64,000 nucleotides of DNA from a virus: IMG/VR virus record IMGVR_UViG_3300027917_000039. One strand, 5' to 3'. The notes beneath the pieces were generated by a model that did no database searches, was not told the DNA's origin, and was given only the letters and a program-made list of their open reading frames with translations. A program made the translations under genes and the position numbers. Below, in pieces: positions 32,843 to 41,742 of the stretch. Within the stretch, counting starts at the first letter, position 1; each line of letters opens with the position of its first letter.

Positions 32843-35800
32843 TATGCAAGCCCTTCGTCCTCCAATACTTGTTGATAATCAGCCTCGTGCTGTTCACGTT
32901 CTTCCTCAGTCGGCTCGTTGCCAGTCGTGCCGGTCGCTGTTCCGTTTTCGCCTCCAGCTTGTCCGGCTGGAGCCTGCCCGTCTGAATCAGCGATGTCTTC
33001 GCACTGCTCAGGTTGTGGACCTGAGTGCGTACCATTCTGAGCCCCTGCGCTTAACACGCGAGTCTCTCGACATTGCCACCAACCGTTCGATCGTTTGCCG
33101 TACACATTGTTCATGTAGTCTGCAAAAGATTTGGCAGCCCACGCGGCACCAAACGTGTGGCACACAGTCCAGATAGGACCGTAGCAAGACGGGCAGCCGC
33201 CAGAGCAACCGCAAGGTCCGCCGCAAGGTCCGCCCGGTTTCGAGCCACCAAGCACGTTGGCTTTTCCTTGAGCGTGAGAAGTATGCCACTGCACATTGAC
33301 TTTGTAGTTGCAGCCACCGGGTGCTTTTCCACACTCGTCAATGGAATCCTTTTCACTCTTACTGCCCCCTGCGTTTCCTCCGCCTGACATTCCATTCTCC
33401 ATGCTCTGTCGAGCAGCCGACTGAGCGATCTGCTTCGCTAGAATCTCAGGCTCGATTTCATCGAAGTTCAGGTAATCTGAGAGTTCGCAAGAGATCGTCG
33501 GAGCGATGTCACACAAGTCACTTGGTTTACGGTCTCCGGAAGTGATTACCCGCTGGTCATCCCGATGAGCACCTCCAAGCAGAATGTGCCCGAACGGCGG
33601 GGTGACAGAGAAACCGTAGCCTCCGCCGCCGTTGGTGTCACCAGCTAATGGCCACACGGCAGCACACGCCTTCTGACTTGGCCACGCCCAGTAGAACTCG
33701 CTGGTTTCGCCGGTTCGGATCGGGGACCACACCACCACGTCGATAGTGTAGTCGTCCGGATTGAACTGCATGGATTCGATGACACATTTGACTGGATCGG
33801 CAAACTGCTCGAAATCCAGAGTGATGGCGTCGCCTACATCCAGGTCCAAATGTTTGAACGGTAGTTTGAAGCTGGCTTTCTTCCACGAGTTCGCTTTCCG
33901 AATCAGCCAGAAGGTGCTTGTCTTCAGAACGAGGGAGTAGTGATTCAGGCAGTAGTAACTCCAATCGGCTTCCACTGTCCCATACTTCTTGACATTGTAC
34001 TTCAGCACAACTTCACGTTCGTTATCAAGATCACCTCGCACCGCTGCGCCACCCTTCTGCCACGTTATGTTGTGGGTGGTGTACACATCCTCGGTCTCCG
34101 AAAGAAACTCAGTGAACGAGTCAGATAAGATGTCGCTTTCGGTTATCGTTCGCACACTGGTTGGTTCGTACGGAAGATATTTGATGTAGACCTTGTCGTT
34201 GCGAATGTAGATAGCACATCTCGACTGGTATGCGATGTCTTTAATGACTTCATACACATCCGGACGTGAGGTGAGATAGAAGTTGGTTGGGTAGTTGACC
34301 AGCAAACTGTGAGCAACAGCAAACGACGTGGAGTCTATCGTCAAGTCAGTGTACTTGTTGACAAGCCACTCGATGATGTCGCACGGGTTAGGTCCGACCG
34401 ACGAAGTGAACGACACGTAGATTTGGTCTTCCCATTGGTCGTTGTACAGCTTCAGGTCTTTGTTCATACCGACTTCTACAACCTGATACCCATCGTAGTC
34501 GGTCTCGTAGACGGTGTAGTACGAAGCTGGAACAGCCGTCAAGTAACGGAAGCCGTTCGGAGCGACTCGGTACGCAGCAACCCCATCCACCGTGCCCGGC
34601 AGAAGCGAGACGATGTACAGAATTTCCGATTCCGATTCCATGTATACTTCGGACCCGGCGGGAGCCCAGAAGAACGAGGATTCCTCCATTTCATCGTAGT
34701 ACGCCCATGAGTCCTTCGGACCGCCGATCATACCGGGCGTCGAGACAAGGGCTTCGTCGCACGACTGGAACGCTTGCTCCTGACTCTGGTTCGGATAGAA
34801 CGAAGTAGAGTTGTCGGCTGGAATCCACGTCGCGGATTGCAACCCTGAGCCTGGATGCTGTCCCTGGCTGATCGCCCAGTGACCACCAGCAGAAGTGCAG
34901 CCGGTTCCGCCAATCTGAGCAGAAAACTCTTTCCAGCCATAAGTCGTGGTGGTCGGAACAGACCGACATGCCTGATGGTTGAAGGTTGCCCACTCCGGGT
35001 GCTGTCGGGAGATAACTGTAAATGTGTTCCCGTTAAACGTACCGTCGAAGGTGGCGTTGTCAATGAAGATAGTGATCCGCTGGTTCTGCGGGAAGGCAGT
35101 CCCATTGTAGACTTGAAACGAATCGTATTCGTACGCCAACTGCTGCTGAAGCAGGTCTCGGAGTCGACAGATTTCGCCGAACCTCCGGTTTACACATTCA
35201 AGGTCTGGACCAATCGTGTCCTGCGAACAAGCTGTCCAAGAGTTGTTTGCACCTTGGGTGTAACCAGTCTGGACGCCAGTTGATTGGCTTGGACATTGAA
35301 TCTGCAACGCTTGGCAGATGCGAGGCTCCAGAGTGAAGTCGTGGATGCCCACACCTCCTAGCAAATAACCTCGGCGTGGCGCCCGCACTTTGACGGCGGG
35401 CAGGTGGCAAACCTGCCCAAATGCGAGCGGCCACGCCTTCCCCAGCGCCTCATCTGGGATGTTCGGAAAGTCACCTTCCTCCATAGAGAACCCGACTTGC
35501 ACCGAGTCCAGCTTGGAGAGGATGTTGAATGACGCTGACCGCTGTCTCTCGTTCCATTCGATCGGGGTGACTATCTCTCCCTTGAAGACGAGAATCTTGT
35601 CTGTGAGGGAGAGAGACTTCTCGACCATGTAGACGCGAGCCGGTCTCTTGTGAACGTCCATTGTATTGTAGATAGTCTTCAACGACCCGTCGGTGTCGTC
35701 GAGAACGATGCTCAATTCCTGAGAATCGCCAGATCCTTCCAACTGCATGGATGTATCGAAGCCAGCCATATCGAGAATCTTGGCTTGGCATCTGTTGAAT

Positions 35801-35919
35801 GTTTGGTCAGTGTAGTAGACGCTCCCGCCGTCAGCCCACTCGACTTCGAGCACGACAAGCCATTCAGTCCCAGTGTTCTGAGACAGCTTTGCGGAGGCGT
35901 TGGCTGTTAGTGTTCTCAT
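32842..35919 (-). CDS. large tail fibre / host-specificity structural protein with Cys/Gly-rich C-terminus
   Basis: 1025 aa. C-terminal region GGPCGGPCGCSGGCPSCYGP. Position at the distal end of the tail module. Confidence 0.55.
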   Translation of the reverse strand: MRTLTANASAKLSQNTGTEWLVVLEVEWADGGSVYYTDQTFNRCQAKILDMAGFDTSMQLEGSGDSQELSIVLDDTDGSLKTIYNTMDVHKRPARVYMVEKSLSLTDKILVFKGEIVTPIEWNERQRSASFNILSKLDSVQVGFSMEEGDFPNIPDEALGKAWPLAFGQVCHLPAVKVRAPRRGYLLGGVGIHDFTLEPRICQALQIQCPSQSTGVQTGYTQGANNSWTACSQDTIGPDLECVNRRFGEICRLRDLLQQQLAYEYDSFQVYNGTAFPQNQRITIFIDNATFDGTFNGNTFTVISRQHPEWATFNHQACRSVPTTTTYGWKEFSAQIGGTGCTSAGGHWAISQGQHPGSGLQSATWIPADNSTSFYPNQSQEQAFQSCDEALVSTPGMIGGPKDSWAYYDEMEESSFFWAPAGSEVYMESESEILYIVSLLPGTVDGVAAYRVAPNGFRYLTAVPASYYTVYETDYDGYQVVEVGMNKDLKLYNDQWEDQIYVSFTSSVGPNPCDIIEWLVNKYTDLTIDSTSFAVAHSLLVNYPTNFYLTSRPDVYEVIKDIAYQSRCAIYIRNDKVYIKYLPYEPTSVRTITESDILSDSFTEFLSETEDVYTTHNITWQKGGAAVRGDLDNEREVVLKYNVKKYGTVEADWSYYCLNHYSLVLKTSTFWLIRKANSWKKASFKLPFKHLDLDVGDAITLDFEQFADPVKCVIESMQFNPDDYTIDVVVWSPIRTGETSEFYWAWPSQKACAAVWPLAGDTNGGGGYGFSVTPPFGHILLGGAHRDDQRVITSGDRKPSDLCDIAPTISCELSDYLNFDEIEPEILAKQIAQSAARQSMENGMSGGGNAGGSKSEKDSIDECGKAPGGCNYKVNVQWHTSHAQGKANVLGGSKPGGPCGGPCGCSGGCPSCYGPIWTVCHTFGAAWAAKSFADYMNNVYGKRSNGWWQCRETRVLSAGAQNGTHSGPQPEQCEDIADSDGQAPAGQAGGENGTATGTTGNEPTEEEREQHEADYQQVLEDEGLA

Positions 35920-36302
35920 CGTTCTTCAAACTCCAGCATGACTTGCATTGTTTCGTTCCCTGGCCAATTCGGACCCGCCCGCCCGGCTCCAGTGAACTCG
36001 AATGGATTGTTCCGCAGGTAGCCGATCCACACATCGCCGTCGTGGTCAATGACTTGTACCAAGGCACCACGATAAGCATTGATGAATGCCCGCAACTCCA
36101 AAGCCTTGTGACGGGCTATCTCGAACTCCCATTGGAACTTCTTTCTGCCGTTGCGTGCCTTGACGTAGGTGTATAGGGTGCCGTCAACAGCCCGCATCGT
36201 CTGCACCGTTGCCGCCAAAGACTTTGAGTCTCCCCACTTCGGGGCGGGGAGCAAAGTTGTTGTCGCCACTCCGGGGTACGGAGCCTTCAGTATGAAACTC
36301 AT
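35916..36302 (-). CDS. hypothetical structural protein
   Basis: 128 aa, coupled between two large structural genes. Confidence 0.45.
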   Translation of the reverse strand: MSFILKAPYPGVATTTLLPAPKWGDSKSLAATVQTMRAVDGTLYTYVKARNGRKKFQWEFEIARHKALELRAFINAYRGALVQVIDHDGDVWIGYLRNNPFEFTGAGRAGPNWPGNETMQVMLEFEER

Positions 36303-38494
36303 ACGATCACCGCCGTCACTGATTGTGAAAGGTTCATCGGTTGACCGCTGCCATTGTTGTACTCAGGCTGCTCGACATCGAGCATCTCGCCCTCGAACTC
36401 GAACGTAACGGTCCATCTGCTTTTGCCGTCCTGCGTCGCTGCTTCATTCGGATTGGTGATAACACCTTTCCAGAGGCGCCCTTCCCAGTCAGTCAATCCA
36501 ATCTCTTGACCGAGAGTGTCTTCCATGAAGTCGTGGAACTCATCTACTTGTGCTTCGGTGAGCCCGACGATTGTCACAGCGAGCGTGCGGACGTGTGGCC
36601 ACTTCGGGTCTGAATAGACGATCAGCTTGCCGCCACGAGTTTCGCTGTTGACTCTCGTGTAAGCGTTACGATCCCGGTTGTCCAGTTCCGGTTTCCGCAG
36701 TGTCACTTTGTTCGTTGCCAGTCCCAGGTATGGAGTGTACAACGAGAAGTTCCCTGTGTCACCTTGTGGGTCTTGCAGGGTTGTACGAGGCGGCGTGTAG
36801 GACGTGGAAGCCGCCGGGATCGTGTTCTCACCTTGGAACGGTGTGTAATTCTTCCGGTCACACGGCGAGTCTTCATACCACGTCAGAGAGTGACCAAGGA
36901 AGTTGTTGTGAGTGACCGACCGAACCCACAAGCCTTCGACATCCACTGAGTCAGTGATGCCAAGGTTGTTGCTTGCCGTCAGAGAGAACGCGAAGGTGAC
37001 GGTCTGAGTAAAGTTGAGCGTGCTCAACGTCCTACCGATGGGTGAGTCTTGCACAAAGTTGAGCGTGCTGGTTACATGCTGAGTCGGCAGAACCAAGTTG
37101 ATTTTCTGTCTGAGCGTAATGTCATCTTCAACCCACAACCTCCAGGGAGTGCTGGTGCGTGACACAAGATTCAGGGGATGTGTAATCGACTCACGGTGTG
37201 GGTACTGCACTGAAACTGAGTGGGTCAACCCCAGATCATGGGTCACATCCCGACCGCCGACATACTCGACAAGCTGCGAGAAGTTCAACGTGTTGCCAAC
37301 TGGCTGCCGATCAGCGACGTAGTTGAATTCGTTCTGCGTGCTGGTGATGCCAAGATTTTGGCTGACTTCCAGCGTCAGGGTCCGCCCGCCGAGAGACACG
37401 AACGAGATCGTGTGGCTCAGACTGAACGGTCTATCCCTCACCGCAGACGCCGAGCCAGTTAGGTTCAGAGTGTGCTCGATCTCTTGCCGGTCGAACGCAC
37501 CGTTCGCCGTTCCCTGCAAGTTCATCGTGTTGCTGGCAGACACGTTGAAAGCACGAATCAATCCAACAGACTGGTTTAGCGTCATCACACTGTTGACGCT
37601 CTCATTGAACGTGGAGGTTTCTGAGGTTCCTGAAATCAGGACTTCAGCCCACATACGCCGGACTTCCAGGTTTCCGGTCTGAGCAGGTTGCTTGACGACT
37701 TGCCCATACAACTGAGCAATCTTCAAACCTTGAGTGGCGGCGGTTCCAGCCACCTCTGTGTCGAGAGGCAGATACAGTCGCGAGTTCACTTGTTGCAACT
37801 GAGGACCGTCGTACACTGTGGTGGCGACGTTTGTGCTAGTGACGCTGTGCTGAGCTATCCACTCTTCGTCTGCCCGATCGCCGAGCATCGGGATGTTCCA
37901 CTCACAGTCTGGGAACCTGAACGCTCTACCACCGTGAACAAACCCGTGGAAGGTGTTGATGTCCATGAAGGTGCCGGGCAGGTACGCAAACTCGGCGAGA
38001 TCACCAACGAATCGAGTGGCATTGTTACCAGACTGCTCTGCCCCGATGTAGAATCCTTGGGCAATGTTTATCGACCCACAGTTATGAGCCGCGCCGTTGC
38101 TGTAGTAGTTTCCATTGGCTCTATCAAGAACGCGCAGCACCGTGTAGTTGTTGGCACTGTTGTGAGAAAGCGTCCAGGCGATCCACTCATCGTAGTGAGA
38201 AGAGACATCGAAGGACGGGCTGTACAGAACCCCTGAGTCGTTCGCGCTGCTGTCGAGGACTCTTGCGCTGACGTGGTCGTTGTTTGACGCCCCCAAGCCG
38301 GTGCCGGGAAGGAAGACTTGGACGTGTGGGGTGCCTCCCATCGTGCCCCAGCCGATGATCCGCTTGTAATTCGAGTCGCTATTGTCAGACACACGAAACC
38401 AGCCAGTGAATGACCAGTCGTCGTTTGGTATGTCTAGGTGCGAACCATCAGCAATGAGGGTCTGCGACCCGGTTCCGTTAAATGTCCAAGCCAT
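36299..38494 (-). CDS. tail fibre-like protein with N-terminal lectin/LamG-like domain and internal repeats
   Basis: 731 aa. N-terminal region resembles concanavalin-like laminin G domains. The middle has repeated T/S/N-rich units (LNLTGS, LNFSQ, LNFVQ, LNFTQ). Confidence 0.5.
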   Translation of the reverse strand: MAWTFNGTGSQTLIADGSHLDIPNDDWSFTGWFRVSDNSDSNYKRIIGWGTMGGTPHVQVFLPGTGLGASNNDHVSARVLDSSANDSGVLYSPSFDVSSHYDEWIAWTLSHNSANNYTVLRVLDRANGNYYSNGAAHNCGSINIAQGFYIGAEQSGNNATRFVGDLAEFAYLPGTFMDINTFHGFVHGGRAFRFPDCEWNIPMLGDRADEEWIAQHSVTSTNVATTVYDGPQLQQVNSRLYLPLDTEVAGTAATQGLKIAQLYGQVVKQPAQTGNLEVRRMWAEVLISGTSETSTFNESVNSVMTLNQSVGLIRAFNVSASNTMNLQGTANGAFDRQEIEHTLNLTGSASAVRDRPFSLSHTISFVSLGGRTLTLEVSQNLGITSTQNEFNYVADRQPVGNTLNFSQLVEYVGGRDVTHDLGLTHSVSVQYPHRESITHPLNLVSRTSTPWRLWVEDDITLRQKINLVLPTQHVTSTLNFVQDSPIGRTLSTLNFTQTVTFAFSLTASNNLGITDSVDVEGLWVRSVTHNNFLGHSLTWYEDSPCDRKNYTPFQGENTIPAASTSYTPPRTTLQDPQGDTGNFSLYTPYLGLATNKVTLRKPELDNRDRNAYTRVNSETRGGKLIVYSDPKWPHVRTLAVTIVGLTEAQVDEFHDFMEDTLGQEIGLTDWEGRLWKGVITNPNEAATQDGKSRWTVTFEFEGEMLDVEQPEYNNGSGQPMNLSQSVTAVIV

Positions 38495-38515
38495 TGAACT
38501 TCCCCGTCAAGAAAG

Positions 38516-39004
38516 TTATTCCCAAAGGATAGAAGCGATCCAGACAGATCGCTGATTGAGAGTCCAGTTTGCTGACACAAGAGCAAGTCGCAGCATCACG
38601 AACTCATCTGCCGTAAGAGTGTCGGCATCGAGATTGATTGTCGAGAGTTTCCATTCGTGGGCGTCGGCTCCGTATGTCCAAGACAGCGTGGACTCGCCTT
38701 CAGCGTTAAGGCTTCCGACAGCCAAGTCCATGTCTTCACCGTAGTCGATAGACTTCCACTTTGGATTGAATGCCGCGTCGCCCCCAGCGTTATAAGAGAG
38801 ACCGCGAAGTTCAAACTTCCCTGTACCTGTGGGCAGGCTCTTCGGCACCTGGAATAGATAGTGAATTTCGGCATCGCCGTCAAGCGACGCCATCACACCC
38901 ATACCGTCAATCCAGAACGCATTGTTGCTTGTCCGGAAGCAGTCCGGGTACACCTTACCAGCGGTAGCCGGGAAGACAGAGATCGGGGCTATTCGCAAAG
39001 CCAT
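38516..39004 (-). CDS. hypothetical structural protein
   Basis: 162-aa ORF in the tail region. Confidence 0.45.
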   Translation of the reverse strand: MALRIAPISVFPATAGKVYPDCFRTSNNAFWIDGMGVMASLDGDAEIHYLFQVPKSLPTGTGKFELRGLSYNAGGDAAFNPKWKSIDYGEDMDLAVGSLNAEGESTLSWTYGADAHEWKLSTINLDADTLTADEFVMLRLALVSANWTLNQRSVWIASILWE

Positions 39005-39014
39005 GAGAAGTCTC

Positions 39015-40082
39015 CTATGGTACTTGAACCCCGATGGACATGGAGTTCACTGTTGATTGATTCCACGAGTTGCTTGTGCCGGGGACAGTTTCAAACGCAT
39101 ACCCGTTGAGCAAGACGGCGGTTGTGGTGGCGATGTTGCCTGAGTCTGCTGTGTTTGCCCCGACTTTGCATAGCAGCTTGGCACCAGTGTTCAACGTATC
39201 GTACCACATGGCTGCCCACACAAACACCCCATGTACTGTGCCTGTGCCGTCGCTGATATTGTCTGTCGTGAATAGGTCTTTCTTGCCGCTTGTGTCTTCC
39301 ATGATGTAATCGGTAGACCCGTCGCGCTGCTCGCGGTAGACTTGTTGATAGTGATTCGAGTAGTTGGCGTTCCCGGTGGCGGTCCACTCTTTCACAGCGT
39401 CGCTCGCTGGCCACAACGTCACTACATCGACTTCTCCCAGGAAGTCGTTGTTCGTGTTGCCTGAACCATCACACACGTAGAAGCTGTCGACTCGGCAGAA
39501 ATCCATAGGGTACGCTTGACCAAGGTCGCCGAGACCACAACGAGAAATGTCCCCTGTGCCTGGAGCCGTGTTGACAGTTCCACTGAACACTGTCGCTCCA
39601 TTTATTCGCACTTCGACGTTCGCCGTTGTCCCTGACTCGGCTTTCATTTCGATGTAGTTCCAAACCTGATCTCGCAACGCTGTGCGTATCCCTGCAACGT
39701 AATTACCAGAGGCATCGAACAAATGGAAGCATCCTTGAGCGCAGATCAATTCGACGCAAACAACGGCAGATGAGTTCTTGAAGACAATGATTGGCCAGGA
39801 GAAGTTTGAGGCGTAGTCTGACCAGTCTTGCTGATACAGAGATACCCCGGCGATACCAACCCCATCAGAGATCACATCCTTGGTAGTCAACACCATGTTG
39901 TAGATGGCGTTTGATAACCGCAAAAACCAGCCTGCACCGGAGGGTGTATCGGTATTGCGTATCAAGAATCTGGATTCATCGTTGACGTACAGATACTTGT
40001 CCGCAAGCACTCCAGTTGGAGCCGGAGCAGCGGAATCAGTATCACCGTATCCTTCAAAGCCATCACACCATACAAGAGCCAT
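39015..40082 (-). CDS. tail fibre/structural protein, paralog A (MALVWCDGFEGYG)
   Basis: N-terminus shared with the next gene (MALLWTEGFEKWG). Confidence 0.5.
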   Translation of the reverse strand: MALVWCDGFEGYGDTDSAAPAPTGVLADKYLYVNDESRFLIRNTDTPSGAGWFLRLSNAIYNMVLTTKDVISDGVGIAGVSLYQQDWSDYASNFSWPIIVFKNSSAVVCVELICAQGCFHLFDASGNYVAGIRTALRDQVWNYIEMKAESGTTANVEVRINGATVFSGTVNTAPGTGDISRCGLGDLGQAYPMDFCRVDSFYVCDGSGNTNNDFLGEVDVVTLWPASDAVKEWTATGNANYSNHYQQVYREQRDGSTDYIMEDTSGKKDLFTTDNISDGTGTVHGVFVWAAMWYDTLNTGAKLLCKVGANTADSGNIATTTAVLLNGYAFETVPGTSNSWNQSTVNSMSIGVQVP

Positions 40083-41161
40083 TATTTCACCTCGATGCCC
40101 AACCGGAAGGTGTTGACAGTATTAGCCGTCCAGGCGTTGCCGTCAGGGTCAGTTTCCATAACCTCTGTCATGCAGTGCGGGGTGGCGGTCGCTCTGCCCA
40201 TCACAATGTCGACGCCATCTTGAATGGTTCCTCCGGAGCCATTCTGCGTGACAAACTTCGGCACTTTGGCATACCTGTTTCTGCTGTACCCTTCGCAATG
40301 AATCATCACGCCTCTTATCGTCCCTGTGGCTCCATTGGCGGTCAGATTGTCCATCTCGAACAACGCCCTGTTACCTGATGTCGTCTCTGTAATGAAAGTG
40401 TCGTTGTTCGCGGTGTCCTCGTTCACCATTGCGTACATATCTACCCCGGTGTTTGGGGTCCAGTTTCCAGAAGCGTCAGAAGCTGGATTGAGAGTCTCGA
40501 TTCTCCAGTTGTCAAGAATCGGGGCGTTGTTTGTGTTGCCGGTGTCGTCCATGACGTAGACATCATCATAGATGTGGGCTGGAATCACATGCGTCCGAAG
40601 CATGACTTTAGAGTATCGGTCGGTTCCGTTCCCCGATCGGTGCTTCGTATCACCTGAGAAGTTGGCGACAGGAGACCCGTCGACCCACAAGTTTGCCGTG
40701 CCCAAGGTGTCATGACAATACACCTTCATCTCCACAGCATACCATGTGTTAATGCTCATGTTGACATTGGCTGAAACCAGTGCAGTCCCTCCACGATCCA
40801 TCCGGAGGTAGTAGGTATTGGCGTCAACATATATGGCGCGGAGAGTGAACTGGTTGTAACCGATCGTCTCACCATCGTTGTATGGATGTCTCAAATCCCA
40901 CACCCATGCTCCGTTGGTTATGTTTGTGATCTTGAAGTTCGCCCCAACGATTAGCGTGCGGCTTTGTGGGTTCAGATCAGGAGTCAACAAAACTGACGAC
41001 GTACTGCTTAAACGCATGGCGTAGCCGTGATACCTTCCCTCCACGACGGTCATGACGTTGTCGAACTCAGACATAAACTTCGACTTGGTCACGTTGGCGG
41101 GGCTAGGCGCAGCAGACGACGGTCCCCACTTTTCAAAACCCTCTGTCCAAAGCAGTGCCAT
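40082..41161 (-). CDS. tail fibre/structural protein, paralog B
   Basis: Start set at MALLWTEGFEKWG. Tandem duplicate of the previous gene. Confidence 0.5.
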   Translation of the reverse strand: MALLWTEGFEKWGPSSAAPSPANVTKSKFMSEFDNVMTVVEGRYHGYAMRLSSTSSVLLTPDLNPQSRTLIVGANFKITNITNGAWVWDLRHPYNDGETIGYNQFTLRAIYVDANTYYLRMDRGGTALVSANVNMSINTWYAVEMKVYCHDTLGTANLWVDGSPVANFSGDTKHRSGNGTDRYSKVMLRTHVIPAHIYDDVYVMDDTGNTNNAPILDNWRIETLNPASDASGNWTPNTGVDMYAMVNEDTANNDTFITETTSGNRALFEMDNLTANGATGTIRGVMIHCEGYSRNRYAKVPKFVTQNGSGGTIQDGVDIVMGRATATPHCMTEVMETDPDGNAWTANTVNTFRLGIEVK

Positions 41162-41218
41162 GTTGAGTCTCCCAAATCCGGGGAGGCAGCCCAGCGGCTG
41201 CCTCCCCACTGATCAAAC

Positions 41219-41716
41219 CTAGCCGCTGACCGTGTAGGTCACTTTCAGCGTGTCGCCGTTCGCCGTGGCGACCACCGACGAAAAGGCAGCCGTGCTCCAC
41301 AGCGTTCCCGTGTTGCCCGTGGACTTCACGTTGTTGCTGGACACGAAGATGCCCTTGAGGTTTCCGCTCGCGTTGATCGAGAAGTCAGCAGTCGTGCTGT
41401 TGCTGACGGCTCGCGACGATGCGGCATCGGATGACCAAGTCACACGGTTGGCTTCGGTGTAACTGGTGAACTCGCTCCACCCCGCGTGACTTGACAGTGT
41501 GTCTGCGTCAGCGAACGCCGAGAAGCCAGAGTTGTTGACCAGTCCGATATACCAAGTCGTGACTTGGGAACCGGAATTGAACTCGGTATCGAGGATGTGG
41601 TTCAAACCGACATCCACGATCCCGTTCGGGAAATCGTACATCGCTTTGAGATTGTCGTCGCAGTCCCGGTGCTCTACGACGTAGCGACCAGACAGTCTGG
41701 CTTTGTGCTCGAACAT
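41219..41716 (-). CDS. hypothetical structural protein (S/T/N-rich)
   Basis: 165-aa ORF downstream of the tape-measure-like gene. Confidence 0.45.
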   Translation of the reverse strand: MFEHKARLSGRYVVEHRDCDDNLKAMYDFPNGIVDVGLNHILDTEFNSGSQVTTWYIGLVNNSGFSAFADADTLSSHAGWSEFTSYTEANRVTWSSDAASSRAVSNSTTADFSINASGNLKGIFVSSNNVKSTGNTGTLWSTAAFSSVVATANGDTLKVTYTVSG

Positions 41717-41742
41717 GCTAGATGCTCCTTGGGTGAGAAAGG

